Both the position numbers and the translations under genes were made by a program. 64,000 bases of DNA from Chloroflexota bacterium (lineage in GTDB: Bacteria > Chloroflexota > UBA11872 > VXOZ01), in NCBI GenBank assembly GCA_965221905.1, contig OZ244922.1:2912001-2976000 (forward strand), given 5' to 3'. The notes beneath the pieces are model-generated. The model did no database searches. It had not been told where the DNA came from and worked only from the letters and a program-made list of their open reading frames with translations. The stretch's first letter is position 1; each line of letters begins with the position of its first letter. Below, piece by piece: positions 44,409 through 53,744 of this stretch.

Positions 44409-45712
44409 GCGTGATCGTCTTTGGGAGCGTGTTCGGTGTGGCTGCCCTGATATGGATTGTGTGGCCTCTGGTAGGGCGCAGAGGCGCCTCCACCACACTT
44501 TCGGCAGGCGGCGTCCGCGATGACCTCGCCGAACGCACCTTGCTGCTCTATCAAGAGCTCGAGGAAATCGACCTCGAGCACGAGCAAGGCGATCTCACGG
44601 CAGACGAGTACGAGTCCTTACGCGCGGCGCAGAAGCAACGCGTCCTCAGCGTGCTCGAGGAGAGGCAGAGCGAAGAGGGCGCTCTCAGTGACGCCGCGGG
44701 ACTAGATGAAGCCAGCGCGCTCAGCTACGCCATCGAGGAAGATATCCTGCGCATACGCGCCCGGCGGCGGGGACAACAGCATGTTCCGGCCGACCAAGTG
44801 GCTGTGGATCCAGCTTCGGCTTCCTCCATGTCGAAGGGCGTGCATTGGCTCTGGATAGCGGTACCCGCAGCCCTCGTACTCATCGCTTTCGGCGTTATCT
44901 TTCAGCTCTATCGTTCGTCCTCCCGCACGCTTACCGAGCAGACGCCAATTGCACAGATTGACGCAGCGGGGCTCGTGGGGTTTGCCTTCCTTGCTCCCGA
45001 TCACGTTTTGTTGGCTCAAACGTCCGGTCTGTTGGAAAGCCGCGATGGGGGACGCGCGTGGACTCAAAGCGCACTGGATGTTGCGCCCGCCGCCATGGCA
45101 GTATCTCCTTCCGGTGAAGGCTACGCCTATGTATTCACAGAGAGCAGTATCCACGTCACGGCCGATTCGGGACAAACTTGGCAGGAAGTTCAAGGCACGT
45201 TGCCCAGCGCGCAGATTCTTGCCGCAGCGGTGAATGCTTTCGCTCCTACGGAAATCTACGCGAGCTTCGCCGAGAGCGGTTTGTTCCGCTCGCGTGACGG
45301 GGGTAGATTTTGGGAACCGGTGGCAACGCCGGATGACGAGAAGATTGTGGCAATTCTCGTAAGCGGCATTACGCCGCTGCTATTCATTGCCTTAGAATCA
45401 GGCAGAGTGCAGGTGAGCAGCGATGAGGGAGAGACGTGGTCTGCCGCCAGCGGCGCAGTTACCATGGCGTTGCGGGGACCCGTTCGCGCACTGACCGGCG
45501 CATCGGACGGAAGCACGCTCTACGCTGCGGCCCACACCGGATTGTACCTTTCCACGTCAGCCGGGCAGACGTGGGTAGACCTGCCGCTGCGCAAACCGCT
45601 GGTCGCGGTGACGGTTGACCCAACGACCGCCCGCACTGTGCTCGCGGTGACGGAGATGGGAGAAGTCTATCGCAGCACCGACGGCGGCATTGCCTGGAGA
45701 AACGACCAGTGA
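44405..45712 (+). CDS. CcmI-N-like membrane segment fused to a BNR/YCF48-like beta-propeller
   Basis: ATGA overlap with ccmH; ELEEIDLEHEQGDLTADEY motif between two TMs; multiple Asp-boxes (SRDGGRAW, TADSGQTW, SRDGGRFW, SSDEGETW, STDGGIAW). Confidence 0.75.
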   Translation: MSVIVFGSVFGVAALIWIVWPLVGRRGASTTLSAGGVRDDLAERTLLLYQELEEIDLEHEQGDLTADEYESLRAAQKQRVLSVLEERQSEEGALSDAAGLDEASALSYAIEEDILRIRARRRGQQHVPADQVAVDPASASSMSKGVHWLWIAVPAALVLIAFGVIFQLYRSSSRTLTEQTPIAQIDAAGLVGFAFLAPDHVLLAQTSGLLESRDGGRAWTQSALDVAPAAMAVSPSGEGYAYVFTESSIHVTADSGQTWQEVQGTLPSAQILAAAVNAFAPTEIYASFAESGLFRSRDGGRFWEPVATPDDEKIVAILVSGITPLLFIALESGRVQVSSDEGETWSAASGAVTMALRGPVRALTGASDGSTLYAAAHTGLYLSTSAGQTWVDLPLRKPLVAVTVDPTTARTVLAVTEMGEVYRSTDGGIAWRNDQ

Positions 45713-47157
45713 CAGGCCAACATAGCCCGCATCCGAACCGTCACGCACCTTTTCTGTCATGCCCTTCACAACAGGAGCGATCCTGCGCGCCGACTCCGTC
45801 ATTCCCGCCACAACAGGAGCGCACTTGCACGCTGACTCCGTCATTCCCGCGAAAGCGGGAATCCATCTGCGGCAGCAGTGCGAGCGGCTCAACAACCGAA
45901 TGCATTACCGCCCCGCTCCAATTCTGGTCGCCAATATCTATTGCACTGTCATTGTTGCTCTGCATTCTCCTGACCCTCCTGATTCATTCCACGATCGCCG
46001 CAGCGGACGGCGTCATCAGCGGCACCGTCGTCAACGGCACTGCGGACGGCAGTGTACCGGCTGATGTAGCGGTGACCCTCTACTTCCTTCGCGATGGTGA
46101 AATCGTGGAACAACGCACGCAGGTCACCGGGCCTGAAGGCGCCTACCGTTTCTCCGACCTTCCCACCGATCCCATGCTGGGATTTGTGGTCGTGGCTGCC
46201 TATACGCAAGTTCCATACAACACGCCGGAGCTCAAGTTTACCGAGGGTACCGCGGTCCAAGCGCCCCCACTCATCGTGTTCGAGGCAAGCCAGGATGCGA
46301 GCGTGGTGCGGGTCGTCACTGACGTGCTGATCATTGCGCCGGGAGAAGAGAGTAGCGGCATGCTCAGCGTCATCGAGATAGTGCGGTTAGCCAATGATAG
46401 CGACCGCACATTCCTTGCCACCGGCGGTGCTGGCGCCGGAGCGCCGATGGACAGAGTGCTGCGGTTTGCCCTCCCCGTAGATGCACAAGACCTCACGATG
46501 CTGAGCGGCCTCAATGCGCAAAACGTCGTGCAGATCGATCGCGGTTTCGGCGTCTTCATGCCGTTGTTGCCGGGAGAGCGTGAAGTAATGTTTGGGTACC
46601 AACTGCCGTACTCCGGCAGCACGCTCAGTCTTACCAAGCGCACGGTGTACCCCACCGACCAATTTGCCATCCTTGCGCGTGAAGAGTATGGGCTGCGCTT
46701 CAACGCAGACCAGCTTGAGGTCCAAGCCGATCCGATTGGCGATCGCCGCTACCTGGTGGGGTCAACCAACTCGCTCGCCGCCCGCGCTGAGGTCTCGGTG
46801 CAAATTGCAGGTTTGCCCGCGCCCTCCATACGGGTGCGGCTTGAACGTCTATTTGATCGCGCGCGCGACACGCAGGCAGCTCTCTTCTTCCTGCTTGGCG
46901 TAGTCCTGATTCTGCCTGTCCTCTATGCGGTCTACCGCATGCGGGGCGGCCCGCGCCGCAGGGCCACAGCCACAGCGGCGGTTGCGACCGCTGTTCCGGC
47001 GGCTGGCGAGACGTTGCTCCTGGAGATCGCGCAACTAGATGACGAATTTGCGGCGGGTGGGATTGCCGCAGAGGAGTACCGGCGACTGCGCGCGGAAAAG
47101 AAGCAGCGTCTGATGGAAATCCATCGAGAACCAGGCAAAGAGACCGGCGATGAATGA
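45709..47157 (+). CDS. Ccm-cluster accessory membrane protein (carboxypeptidase-regulatory-like beta domain, C-terminal CcmI-like helix motif)
   Basis: GTGA overlap; GVISGTVVNGT...GAYRFSDL; C-terminal TM then EIAQLDDEFAAGGIAAEEY..LR. Confidence 0.7.
   Translation: MTGQHSPHPNRHAPFLSCPSQQERSCAPTPSFPPQQERTCTLTPSFPRKRESICGSSASGSTTECITAPLQFWSPISIALSLLLCILLTLLIHSTIAAADGVISGTVVNGTADGSVPADVAVTLYFLRDGEIVEQRTQVTGPEGAYRFSDLPTDPMLGFVVVAAYTQVPYNTPELKFTEGTAVQAPPLIVFEASQDASVVRVVTDVLIIAPGEESSGMLSVIEIVRLANDSDRTFLATGGAGAGAPMDRVLRFALPVDAQDLTMLSGLNAQNVVQIDRGFGVFMPLLPGEREVMFGYQLPYSGSTLSLTKRTVYPTDQFAILAREEYGLRFNADQLEVQADPIGDRRYLVGSTNSLAARAEVSVQIAGLPAPSIRVRLERLFDRARDTQAALFFLLGVVLILPVLYAVYRMRGGPRRRATATAAVATAVPAAGETLLLEIAQLDDEFAAGGIAAEEYRRLRAEKKQRLMEIHREPGKETGDE
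45754..45864 (+). repeat. In-frame 42-bp tandem array ending in a GTCATTCCCGCGAAAGCGGGAATCC palindrome
   Basis: Units start at 45754, 45796 and 45838. Confidence 0.8.
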
Positions 47158-47887
47158 ACCTAAGTGCGCGGCACCGGACCTTGCCGTTGAGGCGAAGGGG
47201 CTGACCAAGCGCTACGGGTCCCACATTGCCCTGGATAACGTAGACCTCTCTGTGGGCTGTAACGAGCGCCTGGCGATTCTCGGGCCCAATGGCTCCGGGA
47301 AAACAACACTCATTGCGGTACTGAGCACAATCATGCGCGCTTCCGCAGGCGCGTTTCGCATCATGGGCTGGGACAGCGCAAATGCTTCGAACGAGGTGCG
47401 CCGACACGTCGGCGTCGTGGCGCACCGCACATATCTCTACGAGGAGCTTTCGGCGCGTGAGAACTTGCTCTTCTACGGCCGCCTCTACGGGGTGCCGAAC
47501 CTCGCGCAGCGTGTTGATGCGCTGCTGAAGTTGGTAGACATCTTTCCCCGTCGCCACGATCAAGTCGCCAATCTATCGCGCGGCATGCAGCAGCGTGTGG
47601 CGTTGGCGCGCGCCCTAGTCCACGATCCCGACGTGCTGCTGCTTGACGAGCCGGACACCGGCCTCGACCAAGAACACCTTGATCTCCTGGCTTCACTCGT
47701 GCAAGGCCGCGCTATCCCGGCCCGGACGGTTATCCTAACCACCCACAACTTAGACCGCGCGTTGGCCCTGTGCAATCGCGTGATGGTGCTCGCACAGGGG
47801 CGGCTGGTCTATCATGCCGAAAGCTCGACCCTCGATCACACTGCGCTGCACAACGCATACCGCCGCCTCGCAGGAGCAGCGCAATGA
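47150..47887 (+). CDS. ccmA: Heme ABC exporter ATPase CcmA
   Basis: GPNGSGKT, LYEELSARENL, LSRGMQQR, LLDEP; operon context. Confidence 0.9.
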   Translation: MNEPKCAAPDLAVEAKGLTKRYGSHIALDNVDLSVGCNERLAILGPNGSGKTTLIAVLSTIMRASAGAFRIMGWDSANASNEVRRHVGVVAHRTYLYEELSARENLLFYGRLYGVPNLAQRVDALLKLVDIFPRRHDQVANLSRGMQQRVALARALVHDPDVLLLDEPDTGLDQEHLDLLASLVQGRAIPARTVILTTHNLDRALALCNRVMVLAQGRLVYHAESSTLDHTALHNAYRRLAGAAQ

Positions 47888-48552
47888 TGCTACCGGTGCA
47901 GCAAGTCCTCACGGTGGTTCGGAAAGACCTCTTGGTAGAGTCCCGCGCCCGCGACCTGCTCACCGTAATGCTTACCTTTGCAGTGCTAACGCTCATCATA
48001 TTCAACCTGGCCTTGGACCTACGGGGGCCAACGGTCCAAGAGATAGGGCCCGGACTGCTGTGGCTGACCATTACCTTCGCTGCCATCCTCGGCATGGGAC
48101 GCACGTTTGTGCGTGAGTACGAACGGGGAACGCTCGCCGGATTACTGCTTGCGCCGGTTGACCGGGGCACGCTCTTCGTTGCTAAGTTGCTGGCAAACCT
48201 CATTTTCCTCTTCATCATGGAAGCGGTCACCCTGCCCATGTTCGCCTTGCTCTTCAACCTGCCGGTGCTCCGACCGTCAGTGATTCTCATCACGGCCTTA
48301 GGCACGCTGGGCTTTGCTATCCTGGGCACAATCTTCTCTGCCATGGCAGCACACAGCAGGGCGCGCGAGGCATTGCTGCCGCTCCTGCTCTTGCCCACAA
48401 CGGTGCCCGTGCTTATTGGCTCAGTAAAAGCGACAACTAACGCGCTCAGCGGCACCGTGGACGGGACACCATGGATCGGCCTGCTGATCGCTTTCGACGT
48501 AATCTTTCTTACCCTTTCGTACCTCCTATTTGCACATGCAGTTGAAGGCTGA
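47884..48552 (+). CDS. ccmB: Heme exporter protein CcmB
   Basis: KDLLVESR, GLLW, EYERGTL.GLLLAP, LLPLLLLP; ATGA overlap. Confidence 0.92.
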   Translation: MMLPVQQVLTVVRKDLLVESRARDLLTVMLTFAVLTLIIFNLALDLRGPTVQEIGPGLLWLTITFAAILGMGRTFVREYERGTLAGLLLAPVDRGTLFVAKLLANLIFLFIMEAVTLPMFALLFNLPVLRPSVILITALGTLGFAILGTIFSAMAAHSRAREALLPLLLLPTTVPVLIGSVKATTNALSGTVDGTPWIGLLIAFDVIFLTLSYLLFAHAVEG

Positions 48553-48803
48553 TGTGAGCACTATTGTCGGAAGAGCATTAGGAAAACGTGTGTATACCCA
48601 GTGCCATACAGGGCTACGATTGCCTTCTTGGAATTGCTTCGCCTTTAGATCCGAGCGCCGAAAGAGGAGCAAGCGGCGTGAGCCAAACGTCGGCTTAGCT
48701 TTGCGCTATTTTTATAATGTGACCATCGGATTGCACGGGGGCAGCGCGCCGGCACGGTAGATGCGCGAAACAGTCCCAAGATCACACTAAGTAAGACTTT
48801 TAT

Positions 48804-49523
48804 TTGGAAAGGACGTCGATGTTGCTAAGCAATAATGCAGACGGCGCGCGGAGATGGATCGATGACCTCCTGGGCGTAGCCACGTTGATCGGCATGGTCG
48901 TGGCCCTTTGGCTCATATTTGTCTACACACCGGTTGAGCTCGTGCAGGGCGCGTCGCAGAAGATATTTTATATCCACCTGGCGTCAATATGGAACGCCTA
49001 CTTGAGCTTCTTCCTTGTTTTCGTGGCGAGCATCCTCTATCTCAGGCGGCCGACTTCCGGCAGAGACCGGTTCGCCCGCGCTTGGGCGGAAATTGGGGTG
49101 CTCTTCACTACGATCACGCTCATCAGCGGAGCAATTTGGGGCAAACCGATTTGGGGCACGTATTGGAGTTGGGACCCGCGTCTCACCACCACGCTCTTGC
49201 TTTGGCTCATCTACGTGGTCTATCTCATGCTGCGCGGATTCGTCGGCGACCCCGAACGCGGCAGGCGCTATGCGGCGATCGTTGGCATCATCGGCTTTAT
49301 TGACGTGCCAATTGTGCATATGTCCGTGCGTTGGTGGCGCACCTTGCACCCCGATCCCATCGTAGCCAGAGCGGAAGGCCCGGACCTACCCATGAGCATG
49401 TGGTACACCGTGCTCTACTGCATCGTCGTATTTACGGTGCTGGCGGTCTTCCTGGTGCGGCAACGCTTGCAGATCGACGAGCTACGAGAAACCCTAATTG
49501 ACCTACGTACGTCCGCAAGATGA
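48804..49523 (+). CDS. ccmC: Heme exporter protein CcmC
   Basis: IFYIH, WWD domain WGKPIWGTYWSWDPR, WWRTLHP. Confidence 0.95.
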   Translation: MERTSMLLSNNADGARRWIDDLLGVATLIGMVVALWLIFVYTPVELVQGASQKIFYIHLASIWNAYLSFFLVFVASILYLRRPTSGRDRFARAWAEIGVLFTTITLISGAIWGKPIWGTYWSWDPRLTTTLLLWLIYVVYLMLRGFVGDPERGRRYAAIVGIIGFIDVPIVHMSVRWWRTLHPDPIVARAEGPDLPMSMWYTVLYCIVVFTVLAVFLVRQRLQIDELRETLIDLRTSAR

Positions 49524-49543
49524 ATGCACGAGGGAGCATCCGA

Positions 49544-49723
49544 ATGGAAACGATACAAAACTTTGACTACCTCTTCGCAGCATATGCCATTCTTTGGGTG
49601 GTGGTTTTCGGCTACTTCTTCTTCCTTACACGGCAGCTTGGCGAATTGCGGCGCGAGGTCAACGCGCTCCGCGAGGAACGCGCAAGCGGCGAATCCGGCC
49701 CGGACGCATCGCCAGACTCTTAG
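49544..49723 (+). CDS. ccmD: CcmD family small membrane protein
   Basis: YLFAAYAILW single TM plus charged tail directly after ccmC; GGGAG RBS. Confidence 0.8.
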   Translation: METIQNFDYLFAAYAILWVVVFGYFFFLTRQLGELRREVNALREERASGESGPDASPDS

Positions 49724-49798
49724 TCTCCGGCCCAAATAGGCAGCGCATCAACCTTTTGCGCTACCAGCGCGGCAGTGCCGAAGTGACACGTCGATTTG

Positions 49799-49827
49799 TT
49801 GGCACCTCCATGGGTGCATGGTATGCT
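49799..49827 (+). promoter_or_regulatory. Putative sigma70 promoter
   Basis: TTGGCA-N17-TATGCT with a TGn extended -10. Confidence 0.5.
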
Positions 49828-49874
49828 ATAAATAATGAAGTAATGGCGAAACCTAGAAATCCGAGCGAGTTGAA

Positions 49875-51413
49875 ATGACGGAAGACGCACCAAGTACTGC
49901 TGCTAAAGCAGGTAGCCAAACTGCGGAATCGGAGAGTCGCGGGAGCCAAGAACGTAGTGCTCTTGCAAGCTCCCCCGCTTTGGATATGCTCACAGAGACC
50001 GACGCTCGTGCACGCAGTCTGGCCCTCAACGACCGTGTTCCCGCCAGCGGATTATTTGGCGAGGCAGACCGGCCCCTTATTGAGGGGTCTCGCGCTTCTT
50101 GGCGCATCGCGCCGGAGCCCTTCCTCATCAATCCCGATAGCTACCGGCGTCTACAGCAATTGGGGAACCAGCTACTTGCCTTCTACAGCGCCGCGAACCG
50201 CCTCTACCGCCGCAGCGTGCGTGGCACTATCCCACCGTTCTTCCACGAGTATCTCGATATCGGCAAGAGCGATACCGTAATCGACTACGGGCGTATGAAT
50301 CGCTTCCGTCGCGACCTGCCCGGTGTGATTCGGCCCGATCTTCTCCTGACAAATGACGGCGTTAAGGCTGCCGAACTGGATTCCATTCCCGGCGGCATCG
50401 GCCTTACTGGCAGCATGCAGCAGCACTACGATAGCTTGGGATTCTCGATGGTAGGGGGCGCGAACGGCATGGTGGAAGGCTTTGCCGCCATGATCCGCAG
50501 CCGAGCCGCGAAAGACGACCCACAGCTCGCCATAGCCGTTTCAGACGAGTCGGTGGACTACCGTCCTGAAATGCAGTGGCTGTCCGATCAATTGTGCGAG
50601 CTTGGCATGAGCAGCGCATGTGCCAAACCCGAAGAGATAGAGATGCACGGCGACTGTCTCATGCTCAATGGGCAGCCCGTCGACACGCTCTATCGCTTCT
50701 TCGAGCTCTTCGATCTCAAGAACATCCCGAACTACGATCTTCTTCTCTACGCCGCCCGCAAGCAACTCATCACCATGACGCCGCCGGTGAAGGCGTATCT
50801 CGAGGAGAAGCTCCTCTTTGCCCTCTTCCATCATCCCGTGCTGGCTGAATTCTGGAAGCAAGAGTTGGGGGCAAAGAACGTAGCGGCCCTGCAGCGAGTA
50901 ATACCGGAAACCTGGATCCTAGACCCGCGCCCGCTGCCGCCGCAAGCCGTCGTTCCCGGACTGAACATTGCCAAGCGACCGGTAACGAATTGGGGTCAAC
51001 TCAAGGGCTTGGGCCAATCCGACCGGCGGCTGGTTATCAAGCCTTCCGGCTTCTCGGCGACAGCCTGGGGCAGCCGCGGCGTCACCATCGGCCACGATCA
51101 CCCCGAAGCGGAGTGGGATGCAGCAGTGCAGAGTGCCCTCGACGCTTTCGCGACGACCCCCCACGTCTTACAAAAGTTCCACCACGGCAATCGGTACGGC
51201 ACCCGCTACTATGACTTTGCTCAAGACGCAGTGCGCAAGATGAACGGGCGCGTGCGCCTGAGCCCATATTACTTCGTGGCCAATGACGAAACGACGCTTG
51301 CCGGCATCCTCGTAACTATCGTGCCGGCGGACAAAAAACTTATCCATGGTATGGTTGACGCCGTGATGGTGCCTGCCGCCATCAGCGATAACGGTGTAGA
51401 CCTGGAACTATAG
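49875..51413 (+). CDS. Uncharacterised ATP-grasp-like ligase (circularly permuted / glutathionylspermidine-synthase-like)
   Basis: IRPDLLL, ELDSIPGG, LYRFFE, EEK, VIKPSG..AWGSRGV.IG, VLQKF motif order. Confidence 0.65.
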   Translation: MTEDAPSTAAKAGSQTAESESRGSQERSALASSPALDMLTETDARARSLALNDRVPASGLFGEADRPLIEGSRASWRIAPEPFLINPDSYRRLQQLGNQLLAFYSAANRLYRRSVRGTIPPFFHEYLDIGKSDTVIDYGRMNRFRRDLPGVIRPDLLLTNDGVKAAELDSIPGGIGLTGSMQQHYDSLGFSMVGGANGMVEGFAAMIRSRAAKDDPQLAIAVSDESVDYRPEMQWLSDQLCELGMSSACAKPEEIEMHGDCLMLNGQPVDTLYRFFELFDLKNIPNYDLLLYAARKQLITMTPPVKAYLEEKLLFALFHHPVLAEFWKQELGAKNVAALQRVIPETWILDPRPLPPQAVVPGLNIAKRPVTNWGQLKGLGQSDRRLVIKPSGFSATAWGSRGVTIGHDHPEAEWDAAVQSALDAFATTPHVLQKFHHGNRYGTRYYDFAQDAVRKMNGRVRLSPYYFVANDETTLAGILVTIVPADKKLIHGMVDAVMVPAAISDNGVDLEL

Positions 51414-51451
51414 AACGCCGATTAGGGGATTTGGGAGAATAAGGAATCGCA

Positions 51452-52624
51452 ATGGCACTATCGCAGACCGAAGTGAAACGAGAAAAAGATGAGTGGCAGG
51501 AATTGCTCGCGGCCGGCATTAACCGGCCGGAGAAGCTCATTACCGAGCTTGGCGAGCGGCTCGGCCTAGATGACGAAACGGCGGCCAGCCTTCACAAGAA
51601 CTTCCCGGTCAGGATCAACCCCTACTACCTCGGCCTAATTGATGAGGTCAACGACCCTATCTGGCGTCAGGCCATTCCCGATGAAATGGAACTCGACCAT
51701 AGCGATTCATTGACGACAATGGATCCGCTGGCTGAGGATATGGATTCGCCGGTGCCCTATCTGACGCACCGCTATCCCGATCGCGTGCTCATGGTCGTGC
51801 AATTGCAGTGCGCTATGTACTGCCGCTTCTGCACGCGCCGCCGCGAAGTGGGCAGCCGCAATGCCGTGACCAAGAACGATTGGGACCGCCAAATCGAGTA
51901 CATCGCTTCCAATCCCAAGGTACGCGATGTCATCATATCCGGCGGCGACCCTTTCATGCTGCTCGACCACCAAATCGACTATATTCTCAAAAACCTGCGG
52001 GCGATTCCGCACATGGAGATCATCCGCCTCGACTCCCGCATGCCCGTCACTCTGCCCCACCGCGTGACGGAGAACCTCTGCGAAATCATGCAACGCTATC
52101 ATCCGGTCTACCTGAACACGCATTTCAACCATCCGCGCGAGATCACGCCTGAATCCACCCGCGCGTGCGAACTGATGGCCGACCACGGCATCCCCTTGGG
52201 TAACCAGAGCGTGCTGCTGCGGGGTGTGAATGACGATGCGGAAGTGATGAAGGAGCTTGTACAGAAGCTCCTAGTGATTCGGGTCAAGCCGTACTACCTC
52301 TACCAGGCCGACTTGGTCACCGGTACCAGCCACTTCCGCACCTCCGTGGAGAAAGGCCTGGAAATCATCAAGGCGATTCAGGGCCACACCAGCGGCATGG
52401 CTGTCCCGCATTTCGTGATCGATGCGCCGCAAGGCGGCGGCAAAATTCCCGTGACGCCCGATTTCATCCAGGAAATCACCGACGACGAGATCGTGCTGAA
52501 GAATTACGAAGGCAACGTCTACCGCTATCCGATTGACTCCGAGGTGCCGAACGCACAGGAAACGAAGCTATCCCAGGCGCAGACCAACGGCAAGGGCAAC
52601 GGCACAGCTACCGAAACCACTTAA
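51452..52624 (+). CDS. kamA: Lysine 2,3-aminomutase (KamA family radical SAM/PLP enzyme)
   Basis: HRYPDR, CAMYCRFC, SGGDP, NQSVLLRGVND, YYLYQAD, IDAPQGGGK. Confidence 0.9.
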   Translation: MALSQTEVKREKDEWQELLAAGINRPEKLITELGERLGLDDETAASLHKNFPVRINPYYLGLIDEVNDPIWRQAIPDEMELDHSDSLTTMDPLAEDMDSPVPYLTHRYPDRVLMVVQLQCAMYCRFCTRRREVGSRNAVTKNDWDRQIEYIASNPKVRDVIISGGDPFMLLDHQIDYILKNLRAIPHMEIIRLDSRMPVTLPHRVTENLCEIMQRYHPVYLNTHFNHPREITPESTRACELMADHGIPLGNQSVLLRGVNDDAEVMKELVQKLLVIRVKPYYLYQADLVTGTSHFRTSVEKGLEIIKAIQGHTSGMAVPHFVIDAPQGGGKIPVTPDFIQEITDDEIVLKNYEGNVYRYPIDSEVPNAQETKLSQAQTNGKGNGTATETT

Positions 52625-52691
52625 CGGCCGTGTGACTAGGCAGTATTGCCTACCCCAGGTGCGTTGAATCCCCGATAGAGGATCACACCTC

Positions 52692-53744
52692 GTGAATCCC
52701 CCTCTTCGCATCGCCGCCGTCGGATTAGAGCACGACGAGATTTACCGCGTGCTCGACCGGCTGCGCCGACATGAGACTGCCGACTTGGTAGCCATCGCCG
52801 AACGCAGCGGGAGACTCCGTATGGCGGCGGCAGGTCGGTATCGTGTGCCGGTCTTCCCGCGCCTCACGCCGCTCTTGGCCGAAACTGCTGTAGATGCTGT
52901 CATCGTGGCTACGGCCAATGGCGATAAGGCGGCGGCCATCCAGGAAGCCATGCGCGCCGGCAAGCACGTTATCGCCCACGCACCGTGCACGCTAACTCTG
53001 GAGCAAGTAGCCGCTGTAAAAGAGGCGCAAACCGCGTTAGGCAGCGGCTTGGTCTTGCTGCATCCTCTGCGCTTCACACCGGTATACGTGCACTTACGGG
53101 ATGCGATTGCTCAGGGACTGCTGGGCGCCATTTGCCAGGCCGTAGTCATCAACTCGCAGAAGGTCACGGCCACACCTCGTACCCAGGCGTTCTATGCGAC
53201 GCACACGCACGGCGGCGTGCTGACCAATCTTGCCGTCCACGACCTTGACGTGCTGCGCTGGCTCGGCGGAGATCTGACCGTAACCGCCGCCGCTACACAG
53301 CGACACGGCCTCACCGAGCACCCGGACTTCGAAGATGCGGGCCTAGTCCATTGTGCGTTCAATTCTGGCGGTACGGGTGTGGTGGCGTGCAATTGGCTCG
53401 CGCCGGACGCGGGGGCCCCATTCCAAGAACTAACGTTGATCGGCACTGAAGGCACGGCGTGGATCAGCGGCGGCAAGTTGCACGCGTTGGGAGCAAATGA
53501 CCGATCGTCTCTGACGAACGAGCCGCAAAGCAGTGGATACTTGGCGACCCAAGATGAGTCCGGTCGCGCCTTTCCTCCAACTTCCGCTGCCAAAGCCGAC
53601 TACGATGTTGCCGCGGCCATGCTCGACGCGGCTATTCAATCTCTCAGCGATGCCGACTTGAGGCAAGTTGCCACCGCCGATGCATTCCGCACGTCTAGCG
53701 TGGCCGTGCAGGCCCAGCACATCGCGTGGCAGGACCGTGCGTGA
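52692..53744 (+). CDS. Gfo/Idh/MocA family oxidoreductase (divergent)
   Basis: AGKHVI, GGVLTNLAVHDLD, FEDAG; usual EKP reads HAP. Confidence 0.8.
   Translation: MNPPLRIAAVGLEHDEIYRVLDRLRRHETADLVAIAERSGRLRMAAAGRYRVPVFPRLTPLLAETAVDAVIVATANGDKAAAIQEAMRAGKHVIAHAPCTLTLEQVAAVKEAQTALGSGLVLLHPLRFTPVYVHLRDAIAQGLLGAICQAVVINSQKVTATPRTQAFYATHTHGGVLTNLAVHDLDVLRWLGGDLTVTAAATQRHGLTEHPDFEDAGLVHCAFNSGGTGVVACNWLAPDAGAPFQELTLIGTEGTAWISGGKLHALGANDRSSLTNEPQSSGYLATQDESGRAFPPTSAAKADYDVAAAMLDAAIQSLSDADLRQVATADAFRTSSVAVQAQHIAWQDRA

Noticed and set aside
45754-45864. Possible CRISPR array
   Set aside because: Only three degenerate units, the intervening sequences resemble each other rather than being unique spacers, and no cas genes are present.
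51452-52624. Glutamate 2,3-aminomutase or EpmB call
   Set aside because: Both lysine-binding Asp residues are retained, and no efp/epmA is adjacent; an EF-P role in trans cannot be excluded.
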